This document shows, in pieces, positions 11,268 through 22,690 of a stretch of 64,000 nt of DNA. The DNA lies in the NCBI RefSeq assembly GCF_006345805.1, contig NC_043011.1:6262001-6326000 (forward strand), read 5' to 3'. The DNA is from Octopus sinensis (lineage: Eukaryota). The notes under the pieces were generated by a model, which saw nothing but the letters and a program-made list of their open reading frames with translations, made no database searches and was not told where the DNA came from. Position numbers and translations under genes: made by a program. Within the stretch, counting starts at the first letter, position 1. Every line of letters starts with the position of its first letter.

Positions 11268-11400
11268 AGTGACTATGTGGTAAGTAGCTTGCTTACCAAC
11301 CACATGGTTTCAGGTTCAGTCCCACTGCGTGGCACCTTGAGCAAGTGTCTGACCAAAGCCTTGTGAGTCGATTTGGTAGACAGAAACTGAAAGAAGCTTG
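11268..11400 (+). mobile_element. SINE family 2 head
   Basis: GACTATGTGGTAAGTAGCTTGCTTACCAACCACATGG...GAAACTGAAAGAAG. Confidence 0.8.
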
Positions 11401-11548
11401 TCATATATATATATATATATATATATAGTGTAATAAATAAAATATATGCATACATACAAACATATATGTACGTACCTACATCTACATGTATATATATACA
11501 TGCATATATAAATATATATACGTGAGTACAGGACACCACAACTAGACG

Positions 11549-11731
11549 TAGAACTCAACAAGAAACGAAAATGGAAAAACCATTTTTTTACAACAGAAAA
11601 ACAGAGACATAGAACTCAACAAGAAACGAAAACGGAATAATCATTTTTTTACAACAGAAAAACAGAGACATAGAACTCAACGAGAAACGAAAACGGAAGA
11701 ACCATTTTTTTACAACAGAAAAACAGAGTAC
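11549..11731. repeat. Three tandem 61-bp units inside a probable retroelement terminal region (about 11470-12090)
   Basis: TAGAACTCAACAAGAAACGAAAA...TACAACAGAAAAACAGAG repeated from 11549, 11610 and 11671. Confidence 0.85.
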
Positions 11732-12099
11732 AGGACATACTACACAAGGAAAAATCCCCTTCATCAGCTGTCACTAGTTCGACTCTAGCGTGTTTTGAAG
11801 GCAAGACAGAACACGACTCGCCAAACTAATCCTTCCTGTGAGAGAATTAAAATAAAATTACCTCGCAGAGGGGTAAAAACAAGCAAGAAAAAATGTAACA
11901 CAAACAGGACGTAAAAACGATACAAATAAAACTACAAAATAAAATACAAGATAAAAATACATGTACAAGAAAATACAATCGAGAAATAAAAATAAACAAG
12001 AAAACAAACAAGAAAAACAAACGAAAAGGCCTTTTTCTGGCTTAGACGGAGGAGGTTCTGGCAGCGCATGGGAACACAAATGTGTGTCTTGTCCTGTAC

Positions 12100-14028
12100 T
12101 CATCATCATCATCATCATCATCGTTTAACGTCCGTTTTCCGCGCTAGCACGGGTTGGACGGTTCGACCGGGGTCTGGGAAGCCAGGGGCCACTCCAGGCT
12201 CCAGTCTGATCTGGCAGAGTTTCTACGGCTGGATGCCCTTCCTAACGCCAACCACTCCGTGAGTGGAGTGGGTGCTTTTTACGTGCCACCTGCACAGGGG
12301 CCGGGGCGTCCGGCATCGGTCACGATCGGTTCGAGCTTTTAACGTGCCAGCGGCACGGGGGCAACGGGATCCGGGGGTACTTTGAATGGGTAGGGGGTAT
12401 GTGGAATTGCTGCAGAAAGCAGCCCGGGTCTTTGCAGTCACAGCATATCTCCAGAGATCTCGGTCCTTCGCCATATCTTATAGCATATCTCCAGAGATCT
12501 CGGTCCTCCTCAGTGAGGCCCAATACTCTGAGGTCATGCTTGACTACTTCATCCCATGTCTTCCTGGGTCTACCTCTCCCCCTGATACCTTCAACTGTTT
12601 GGGAGTGGCACTTCTTCACACATCTCTCTTCATCCATCCGCAGCACATGACCATACCATTGCAAGCGTCGCTCTTGCACACCACATCTGATGCTTCTTAT
12701 ATCCAGCATTTCTCTCAGGGTGCTTACACTCTGTCTTGCGTGCACACTGACACTACACATCCAGCGGATCATGCTAGCTTCATTTCTTTCAAGTCTACGC
12801 ATGTCCTCTGCAGTCACAGCCCATGTTTCATTACCGTGAAGCATGGCAGTTCGCACACATGCATCATACAATCTACCTTTCGCTCTGAGGGAGAGACCTT
12901 TTGTTGCCAGTAGGGGTAGGAGCTTTCTGAACTTTGCCCAGGCTATTCGTATTCTAGTGGTGATACTCTCTGTGCATCCACCTCCGCTACTAACTTGGTC
13001 ACCCAGGTAGCGGAAACTATCAACTACTTCTAGTTTCTCTCCCTGGAGTGTGATGGAATCTGTTTTCTGAGTGTCTGTTGTGTCTATTGTCCCTGTGCAT
13101 CTGCCGCACATGAAAGCTATCTTATCTGTTAATTTCCCTTTAATGTTGCTGCACCTCTTATGTGTCCATAGCTTACATTGGGTGCATCTTATGGAGTTTC
13201 TACCTGTACCTTTCTTACAGATTGAGCAGGGCCACCTACCCGAGGGTGTGTGTGCTGAGTACCTCTTGCTGCTTACTAATACTTTGGTCTTTGCTACATT
13301 TATTCTAAGGCCCTTTGATTCTAACCCTTGCTTCCACACCCGAAATTTCTTTTCTAGTTCCGGTAGTGATTCTGCTATGAGAGCTAGGTCATCGGCATAG
13401 AGGAGCTCCCAGGGGCATCCCGTTTTGAATTCCTCTGTTATTGCCTGAAGGACTATGATGAATAAAAGGGGACTGAGGGCTGAGCCCTGGTGCACACCTA
13501 CTTCTACCCAGAATTCTTCACTATATTCGTTGCCAATCCTAACCTTGCTGACAGCCTCTCTGTATAGAGCCTGTACAGCCCTTATTAGCCATTCGTCAAT
13601 CTCCAGTTTCCGCATCGACCACCAGATAAGGGAACGGGGAACCCTGTCAAAGGCTTTCTCCAAGTCTACAAAAGCTATGTAGAGGGGTTTATCTTTAGCT
13701 AGGTACTTCTCCTGCAGTTGTCGGACCAGGAATATAGCATCAGTGGTGCTTCTACCTGGTACAAAACCGAACTGCATTTCATCTAAACAAATTCTCTCCC
13801 TAATGAGATGGGTTATGACCTCTGAGACCTTCATCACCTGGTCCAACAGTTTGATACCTCTGTAGTTATTTCTATCTAGAGCATCACCCTTACCCTTGTA
13901 GCAGTTGACTATGGTGCTGCTGCACCAGTCATTGGGTATGACTCCATTGTGAACTACCCTGTTTACAATGCGGGTGACTATGCCATAGCCCACATAGCCA
14001 GCTGTTTTAAGCATCTCAGCAGTGATTC
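12100..14028 (-). mobile_element. 5'-truncated RTE family B copy; the RT part is largely open
   Basis: ORF 14014-12320 with NYRGIKLL, FVDLEKAFD, YADD, PHD finger and YLG; shared RTE 3' end and (GAT)n tail at 12100-12125; small deletion and 25-bp duplication near the stop. Confidence 0.92.
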
Positions 14029-14084
14029 CTCAGCGGTTCGATTCGATTCGTTCGCTTCGTTCTGTTCTTATTCTCCCAGTACTG

Positions 14085-14184
<100 letters not shown>

Positions 14185-14557
14185 TGTGTGTCTGTGTTTG
14201 TCCTCCCACCATCACTTGGCAACCGATGTTGGTGTCTTTATGTCCCCGTAACTTAGTGGTTCGGCAAAAGAGACTGTTAGAATAAGTACCAGGCTTACAA
14301 AGAATAAGTCCAGGGATCAAGTTGTTCAACTAAAGGTGGTGCTCCAGCATGGCCACAATCAAATGACTGAAACAAATAAAAGAATAAAGTAATGATAACA
14401 TATTTAAGTAATAAAATGGTGGCTTTGATTATTGCCAGTGATTTCAACTTGAAAAATAACAACAGTAGAGTTACCTGGGATGAACTAGCATCCAATCCAG
14501 GAGAAAGTTTCTCTCCCATCTGTTGGACTGTTTAGAAACCATAGTTAACAATTCTAA

Positions 14558-14975
14558 GGTGGTGAGCTAGCAGAATCGTTAGCAAGCCGGGCAAAATGCT
14601 TAGCGGTATTTCGTCTGCTGTTACGTTCTGAGTTCAAATTCTGCCAAGGTCAACTTTGCCTTTCATCCTTTCGGGGTCGATAAATTAAGTACCAGTTACG
14701 CACTGGGGTCAATATAATCGACTTAATCTGCTTGTCTGTCCTTGTTTGTCCTCTCTGTGTTTAGCCCCTTGTGGGTAGTAAAGAAATAGGTATTTTGTTT
14801 ACCGTTACATTCTGAGTTCAAATTCCGCTAAGGTCAACTTTGCTTTTCATTATTTCGGGGTCGATTAAATAAGTACCAGTTACGCACTGGGGTCGATATA
14901 ATCGATTTAATCCCTTTGTCTGTCCTTGTTTGTCCCATCTATGTTTAGCCCCTTGTGGGCAATAAAGAAATAAGA
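14558..14975 (+). mobile_element. SINE family 1 followed by a 5'-truncated second copy in tandem
   Basis: GGTGGTGAGCTAGCAGAATCGTTAGC...AAAGAAATA, then a restart at the internal GGTATTT...GAGTTCAAATTCC. Confidence 0.85.
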
Positions 14976-16001
14976 AACCATAGTTAACAATTGTCTCAAT
15001 GTTTGATTGTGATTCAGAAGAGATTACCTCACAGGTCTACATTCACAAATTCTGTCTCATCTCTCTACCTTTTAAATCACTAAAACAATGAAATTTGATC
15101 CTTGGATCTGGGTGAACTTGTGCTTGCCCCCACCCACTCATTTCTCCTCCTCCCATCACCCATTGTGTCCAATTACCCCCAGGTCTTGCACTAATTACAA
15201 TACACCCATAGTGACGGCAACGATGATGCTGACGATGAAAGCAATAGCAATGACGATGACAGTGGTGATAAAAATAATGACAATGATGATGATGTTGATG
15301 TTGATAATGATTATCCTTATTGTTAGTGGTGGTAGTGGTAATGGTGGTGGTGATGGTGGTGATGATGATAATATTGATGGTGTTGTTGTTTGTGGGTTTT
15401 TTTGGTGATGGTTATGATGGTGATGATGATTGGGAAGATGATCAATCAATCATCTGATATCAAATACATTTCTAAGGATTTATGTTTTTGCTTTTTTTTC
15501 TGTTTTGTTTTTGCAAAATGTAAAAAAAAGAGAAAAATAGATCTAAAAATAAACAGCCATGCAAATATAGAATGGGGTGGGGGACGGGGGAACGAGTAAA
15601 ATAGACCCCCCCTCCCTAGTACACAGAAACAACAACAACAGCATTTAATTAGAAAACCATTTTAGGAATCAAATGGCATCAGATTTTAAGACTGAAATGT
15701 GATATGTCAATCCATGAAGCTTACTTATGTCTGTTCCAGAACCTTCATCTCAAAGACTCGTTTCCTTATTGCCATGTTCTACATACAACTGATTCCCTGG
15801 AACTACCAAAGAGAAAAAGAATTCCAGATGAGTCATCTTCTCTGAAATCTTTATTTTTCTGCTTTTTTAGATTTTGTTGTGTTTTTTTTTTGTTTTTCTG
15901 GTAAAAAATACAGAATATTTTGACTGAGAAAGGAATATTCTGGAAGCTAAATGCTTCTTGAGATTTCAATATCTACAAAATAGACACACGTGTGTATATA
16001 T

Positions 16002-16090
16002 ATCATCATCATCATCATCATCATCATCGTTGTTTAACGTCTGCTTTCCATGCTGGCATGGGTTGGACGGTTTGACTGAGGACAGGTGGA
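16002..16090 (-). mobile_element. RTE 3' terminal fragment
   Basis: (CAT)n then TTTAACGTCTGCTTTCCATGCTGGCATGGGTTGGACGG. Confidence 0.7.
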
Positions 16091-16239
16091 ATATGGCTAT
16101 TGAGAGAAACGCTAACCATGTTGAGAAGTAGGGATGTGATCCACAGAGGACCAGCTTTATTTTGATGTATGATACATGTTCCTGCATTAGTAATTATACC
16201 TGTCCTAAACAAAATGGCATTACATTTTGACTCAACCTC

Positions 16240-16295
<56 letters not shown>

Positions 16296-16724
16296 TATAT
16301 TTGTAAAAAATGAAGTTGGAAAATTTTTAATTTTTATATATACATTATAACATGTTTCAATTCCTGAAATGAACCTTATCAAAAGAAGTTATATATAAAA
16401 AAAGATAGTTCATGCTATCAATCACAAGAAATTCATTTATAATACACAACGGTGTCAGACATCATAAAGTTCATATATATAGTTTGAAGTGAGTTCGTTC
16501 ATGCTATATGTTTAAAGTGCATGATGCAGCGGTTCACGGTGGCGACATGCATCCAATACAAAAAACAGATCAAAGCGGCGATATGTAGTCAATACAAAAA
16601 ACTGATGTTCCTGAAAGAGAGAGGAATTCATTTTTACCTTGAGCAACTGTGGTGTTTGCTGGATGATTCTGGCGAATCTTGTGAATTGTTCAGGTTTTAT
16701 AACACTGGTCAGTCCAGCGTAACG

Positions 16725-16964
16725 TGACGTCATCAACGTTTTGACCAATCGTTTCGTTAGGTGGCTTAGTCAAGCAGAACGGGACGTCATCAAAATTCTG
16801 ACCAATCACGACTTATAGCTGTATTAGATCTGCCCCTTGTCTGTACCTGTTAGGTGACTAGTCAAGCAGAAAAGGACGTCATCAATATTCTGACTAATCT
16901 CTGCCCCTTGTCTGTATCCTGTCCAGTCTAGCAGAATTAGACGTCATCAACGTGTTGACCAATC
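16725..16964. promoter_or_regulatory. Four-fold CRE-like + CCAAT module array
   Basis: GACGTCATCAA-N5-TGAC(C/T)AATC with GACGTCA at 16726, 16783, 16875 and 16940; the first is a full TGACGTCA palindrome. Confidence 0.5.
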
Positions 16965-17156
16965 AGAATCGGGTCTGACCCTTAGCTGTATCGTATGTGG
17001 TCAGTCCATCAGGGTTAGATTTGTACGAAGAGATCTTTTTATAAATTTTTTTCCCCTTTTTTTCCTAAGGCATATTTCCGTCAGTGTGAGTGACTGTTTA
17101 TGGTAGCGGCCGTGCTGGAATTTTGCTTCTCCTTTTCGGAGGACCTATCTTTTGTT

Positions 17157-17395
17157 TTAATATTCCTGGCCCAGGGTATTTAAACTTGGTTTACATTTTT
17201 TTATGAAATGCAGTTCTTTATTTTGGCGTTGCGTGAAGGTTGCGTTGTCACTGAATTTATAGAGCGGGTTAGTTGTAAATTTCGGATTTACATTTCCAGC
17301 ACATCTATCTATGTGTCCGCTGACCGGTATTTTGCGGTAATCAGGGTTTCTAATTTGTGATTTATGCACCGCCATCCTGTTACGTAAGCTATTTT
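17157..17395 (-). pseudogene. GIY-YIG endonuclease C-terminal fragment (Penelope-like)
   Basis: Open frame to TAA at 17157; motif recognised from knowledge of the family, not from a search. Confidence 0.7.
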
Positions 17396-17632
17396 TTGTA
17401 TATATATATATATATATGTAGGTCCCGGGTTGATCCGGGGTTAACCACAGTAAGTAAGGTACTCAATACATAGCAGAGTAAAATTAATTTATTATATAGA
17501 AGGAGCTTCTACAGGAAGGAGCTTCTACCTGCCTAAATGTATAAATGCTAATACAATTCTTGTTAAATAGCTTCCTGAAGATTTCTCTTGAATGAAACAG
17601 TACTAGTCCTGTAGAAGCTCCTTCTATATAAT

Positions 17633-17673
<41 letters not shown>

Positions 17674-17922
17674 TATATTACAAATAAGAAAATGAAGAAA
17701 TACATTAGTTGGTTTATCAGCTTTAGGATATTAGAATTTCTTATTTGTAATATAATTAATGGTAAAATATTTCTTTATCTTCACCAATTTAATACAATAA
17801 CTAAGTTAATCGCATTGCAATTAAAAACACTTGTGTATTAATAATTGGGTATTATACCAACACTATATTGGATAAGTATTATCCCTTAGTGGGTTGGATC
17901 CACTACCCCTAAATTACTTGGT

Positions 17923-17989
<67 letters not shown>

Positions 17990-18579
17990 AAAAGGATGTT
18001 CTATAATACTATTTCACATATACACAAACAGCCATACCAACAATCCAGCATACTTCCATCATCAGCTGCCCCAAGGATATCATTATGGTTTCAACACCTG
18101 GACAGTACCATTCAATCCAGCGGTGACAACAACACAAAAATAAGTGCTGTCTGGGAACAAACAAACCAAAGGAACCACAACTTTCAAACACATTTACCCT
18201 ATGTACAACAGTATCGGTAAATAAATTCAGGAAGTAAATTGATCACCAACTCCTAAATACGTAACTAAACAGTGACCAATCCATTAAGTCATACAAACAT
18301 TATATTCCCTACCACCTTCCATAGTGTAATATAAAAGTGAAAGCTTAATAACAACATTCATTCAATATATATATATATATATGTATGCCTGGTGAGATGC
18401 TTGGTGCCTTGTTGTATTCATGAAGACTGTGCTCTGCAGCAGAAGTGTTTGGACTGATCCTTCTGGTGGTGTAATGCACTTGTGGGGTGGCGACATGTAA
18501 AAGTGCCTGTGTGGTGCCACGTAAAAGTTCCAGTCGAGTACCACATAAAAGTACCTGTGTAGTGTTACATAAATGTTCT

Positions 18580-18619
<40 letters not shown>

Positions 18620-18620
<1 letters not shown>

Positions 18621-18922
18621 CACCGTGATCACCGTGCCTGACCAGGCTATCAAATGTTGTTACACATCGCTGGTCACAATGTGCTTTGCATTGTTTTAGC
18701 CTTCAAATGAGGCCACCCCGCTGGCTAAGTGAGCAGGCCAACAGAAGAAAGAGTGAGAGAAAGTTGTGGTGAAAGAGTACAGCAGAGTTCGCCACCACCC
18801 CCTGCCGGAGCCTCGTGGGGGTTTAGGTGTTTTCATTCAATAAACATTCCCGGTTTGGGAATCAAAACCACAATCCTACGACCGCGAGTCCGCTGCCCAA
18901 ACCACTGGGCCATTGCGTCTCC
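18620..18922 (-). mobile_element. tRNA-derived SINE, family 4
   Basis: Reverse complement GGAGACGCAATGGCCCAGTGGTTTGGGCAGCGGACTCGCGGTCG...GATTCCC; a related head occurs at about 21811-21870. Confidence 0.7.
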
Positions 18923-18958
18923 ATACACACACACACACAAACATATATATATATATAT

Positions 18959-19335
18959 ATATTAGCTGTTGAACCTGGCGTTGCTTGTGTTTTCCATGTT
19001 GAAGTTAAGTTCACCTCTGACTTTGTATTGAATAAGCATTTCCTTAGAGACTATTCTATCGATTTTCTTGAAATTTTACATGTGAAAAAATGCAAAAGCT
19101 GCTGGAAAAATAACATCGTTAGGGGAATTTCCATTCAAATGCCCGACTGAGCTCACAAAAATTGATGCCAACTGAGCATTATCGAGTTTTCAAAAAATTC
19201 CGACCTTATTTGAACTTCAAGAAGTGTGAGTTAACTATGGGCCAAAAATCCTTAAAATCAGTTGGATGGTGCAGGAGGAGTTAGAGTAACCCCAAACACA
19301 CAGACAGACAGACACCATTACACCTTTATGTATAT
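18959..19335 (+). mobile_element. Non-autonomous Helitron/Helentron-like element (second copy at about 20168-20545)
   Basis: Starts T(A)TTAGCTG...CCTGGCGTTGC and ends AAAATCAGTTG...ACAGACAGACAGACA...TTTATGTATATA, a DINE/HINE-like layout; inserted in (TA)n. Confidence 0.55.
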
Positions 19336-19655
19336 AATACACACACACACACACACACAGATGTGTGTGAATTTGTGTATGTGTGTTTGTGTGTGTGTGT
19401 GCATGTGTTCATATGTATATATAAATCTAGGACAAGGATTTTTCAGTGACCAACTACCAAATTTACTCACAAAGCTTTGGTTGAACTGATGCTACAGTAG
19501 ACAATATTTGTTCAAGGTGCACCACACCATGAAATAAACTATCTAAGGTAGATTTAAAGTAGTTAACCTGTAATTTAAAACATCCATTTTATGGAAAGTA
19601 AACAAAGGTAAATACATTTTGTTATTCTCTTTGCCTGTAGAAAAATAAAGGAGAT

Positions 19656-19700
19656 TATCCCGACATGTTTCATGGCTAGTTGACCACTCATCAGAGGATA
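19656..19700 (-). ncRNA. Minimal type I hammerhead ribozyme (Penelope-type), copy 1
   Basis: Minus strand TATCCT-CTGATGA-GTGGT caacta GCCAT-GAAA-CATGTC-GGGATA: complete core, 6-bp stem I, 5-bp stem II, palindromic ACATGT stem III, GUC cleavage site at 19662/19661. Confidence 0.85.
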
Positions 19701-20865
19701 AATACCTATCAGCTTTCCACAATATATAGAAACTTTAATAGTAATTACAATTTAAATGAAACACAAGCCAGCACCTGGCTGAAATAGCTTGAAGAATTTT
19801 GTCATCCCCCCATTTTCATTGGTGAGATTATATTTGGACTTTGATATATAATATGAATGCAATGAGCTGGCAGAATCGTTAGCAAGCTAGGCATAATGAT
19901 TTGTGGTATTTCATCTATCTTTATGTTCTGAATTCTAATTCTGCTTAGGTTGACTTTGCCTTTAATCCTGGGGCTGATATAATCCTATATATAATAGGAT
20001 ATAATCAACTTTCCCCCTCCCCATAAATTTTTGGCCTTGTACCTACAGTAGAAAGGATATAGAATTTAATAATATCAAACTATTGAAAACTATTTCAATT
20101 TTTTTCCTCCGTCATTTCATTCGAAAGCTTCAGCATTTTGAGAATGTATATATATATATATATATATATATTAGCTGTTGAACCTGGCGTTGCTTGTGTT
20201 TTCCATGTTGAAGTTAAGTTCACCTCTGACTTTGTATTGAATAAGCATTTCCTTAGAGACTATTCTATCGATTTTCTTGAAATTTTACATGTGAAAAAAT
20301 GCAAAAGCTGCTGGAAAAATAACATCGTTAGGGGAATTTCCATTCAAATGCCCGACTGAGCTCACAAAAATTGATGCCAACTGAGCATTATCGAGTTTTC
20401 AAAAAATTCCGACCTTATTTGAACTTCAAGAAGTGTGAGTTAACTATGGGCCAAAAATCCTTAAAATCAGTTGGATGGTGCAGGAGGAGTTAGAGTAACC
20501 CCAAACACACAGACAGACAGACACCATTACACCTTTATGTATATAAATACACACACACACACACACAGATGTGTGTGAATTTGTGTATGTGTGTTTGTGT
20601 GTGTGTGTGTGCATGTGTTCATATGTATATATAAATCTAGGACAAGGATTTTTCAGTGACCAACTACCAAATTTACTCACAAAGCTTTGGTTGAACTGAT
20701 GCTACAGTAGACAATATTTGTTCAAGGTGCACCACACCATGAAATAAACTATCTAAGGTAGATTTAAAGTAGTTAACCTGTAATTTAAAACATCCATTTT
20801 ATGGAAAGTAAACAAAGGTAAATACATTTTGTTATTCTCTTTGCCTGTAGAAAAATAAAGGAGAT

Positions 20866-20910
20866 TATCCCGACATGTTTCATGGCTAGTTGACCACTCA
20901 TCAGAGGATA
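20866..20910 (-). ncRNA. Minimal type I hammerhead ribozyme, copy 2 (identical)
   Basis: Same 45-nt sequence 1210 bp away in the duplicated unit. Confidence 0.85.
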
Positions 20911-21353
20911 AATACCTATCAGCTTTCCACAATATATAGAAACTTTAATAGTAATTACAATTTAAATGAAACACAAGCCAGCACCTGGCTGAAATAGCTT
21001 GAAGAATTTTGTCATCCCCCCATTTTCATTGGTGAGATTATATTTGGACTTTGATATATAATATGAATGCAATGAGCTGGCAGAATCGTTAGCAAGCTAG
21101 GCATAATGATTTGTGGTATTTCATCTATCTTTATGTTCTGAATTCTAATTCTGCTTAGGTTGACTTTGCCTTTAATCCTGGGGCTGATATAATCCTATAT
21201 ATAATAGGATATAATCAACTTTCCCCCTCCCCATAAATTTTTGGCCTTGTACCTACAGTAGAAAGGATATAGAATTTAATAATATCAAACTATTGAAAAC
21301 TATTTCAATTTTTTTCCTCCGTCATTTCATTCGAAAGCTTCAGCATTTTGAGA

Positions 21354-21391
<38 letters not shown>

Positions 21392-21940
21392 AGAATAAGC
21401 TTTGAAAATTTTATTATGAATAAAAGGTGGAAAATTTTCACATTATTAAAATCGGTCACATGCTTCAATAATTTTCAGACATTTAATCATGCAATAATCA
21501 TCAGAAGATCAACAACTATCATGTGAATTTTCAGAAAATTTATTTTCTCAAAGAATTTCTTCATTTATTTCAGTTCATTTTCTGTTTACTTATTGCATGA
21601 CTAAATTGTTTTAAAACAATTGAAACCAGTAGCATATTTTGATAAGAATGTAAACGTTTTCCTTCTTTTATTCATGATAAAATTCTCATGTGAATCCTCT
21701 TAACCATTTCAAAATGTGTGTGTGGATGGATGGATGTATATATGTCTATCCCTCAAATATTTGGTTACTGCACCATTTCATATATTAATAAATGGGATAC
21801 TTTTACTTGTGGAGGCGCAATGGTCCTGTGGTTAGGGCAGTGGACTCGCGGTCAGTGGATCGTGGTTTTGAACAAGACGAAGAAAGATGTATAAACAACA
21901 AACAGATGTATTAGTTTAATGCTCGGGAAGGTGAGAAAGT

Positions 21941-21976
21941 CTTTTATGTTTTGAGCCTACACTCTTCAACAGAAAG
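21941..21976 (-). pseudogene. Decayed hammerhead-like motif in a Penelope-like tail (about 21870-22100)
   Basis: Minus strand CTTT-CTGTTGA-A-GAGT gtag GCTC-AAAA-CATA-AAAG; restoring two CpGs gives GAAACGTA with paired stems I and II. Confidence 0.45.
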
Positions 21977-22199
21977 GAACAAGAGAAAATAAACAAAGAG
22001 AATAAAAAAACGAAAGCCTTAGTAGCTAGCAGACAGAGGTGGTTATACAGGAAAGCTAGGAAGAAGGGGAGATAATAAAATAATGGTGATCCCAAAATGA
22101 AGGTGTGCATGCGTGTGTATGTGAGAGCGTGTGTGTGCATGTGGATAGGGGCTGGTGACCTTGACATGTGGGTGTGTACATGTGTATGTGTGTGGATGA

Positions 22200-22690
22200 T
22201 GGTGTGGGTGCTGGGAAGTGGTCAGTGCTAGTGTGTGCAGAGTGGTGTAGCGTGGTGGTGTGGTGTATGTAGTGTGGTGTGTGGGTGCTGGGAAGTGGTC
22301 AGTGCTAGTGTGTGCAGGGTGGTGTGGTGTGGTGTAGTGTGGTGGTGTGGTGTATGTAGTGTGGTGTGTGGGTGCTGGGAAGTGGTCAGTGCTAGTGTGT
22401 GCAGAGTGGTGTGATGTGTAGTGTTGTGTATGTAGTGTGGTGTGTGGGTGCTGGGAAGTGGTCAATGCTATTTGTGTGCAGGGTGGTGTGGTGTGGGTGC
22501 TGAGAAGTGGTCAATGCTATTGTGTGTGGTGTGGTGTGGGTGATGGGAAGTGGTCAATGCTAGTGTGTGCAGGGTGGTGTGGTGTGGGTGTTGGGAAGTG
22601 GTCAATGCTAGTGTGTGTGGTGTATGTAGTGTGGTGTGGGTGATGGGAAGTGGTCAATGCTAGTGTGTGCAGGGTGGTTTGGTGTGATGT
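22200..22690. repeat. GT-rich minisatellite, 8 copies of a GTGGGTG(C/A/T)TGGGAAGTGGTCA(G/A)TGCTA core with variable GTGTG spacers
   Basis: Cores near 22203, 22281, 22367, 22443, 22491, 22536, 22583 and 22635. Confidence 0.85.

Larger units (their letters stand above)
16300..17397 (-). mobile_element. 5'-truncated Penelope-like element: GIY-YIG C-terminus plus long terminal region
   Basis: Minus-strand peptide LRNRMAVHKSQI...VSGHIDRC...KELHFIKKCKPSLN matches the H...C...KE..FI...P.LN end of Penelope-type GIY-YIG domains; (TA)n on both sides. Confidence 0.7.
18945..21380. repeat. Near-identical tandem duplication, period about 1210 bp, with (TA)n at all junctions
   Basis: ATTAGCTGTTGAACCTGG at 18961 and 20170; GAGATTATCCCGAC at 19651 and 20861; differences seen only in microsatellite tracts. 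Confidence 0.95.

Noticed and set aside
11740-11830. CTGATGA plus hairpin on the minus strand as a hammerhead
   Set aside because: No GAAA after stem II and no stem I or III in any permutation I could fold
15730-15860. Possible exon in unique sequence
   Set aside because: No acceptor/donor pair gave a stop-free frame on either strand
16195-16241. Mariner-like TIR end (reverse complement TACGAGGTTGAGTCAAAA)
   Set aside because: Single short end with no partner TIR or transposase nearby
16341-16395. TTGATAA...GAAACATGT hammerhead-like relic in the Penelope tail
   Set aside because: Core has two substitutions and no adjacent stem I; at most a dead remnant
18850-18922. tRNA gene (also the other SINE heads)
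   Set aside because: A-box and B-box are present but there is no complete cloverleaf, and the sequence continues into a multi-copy SINE body
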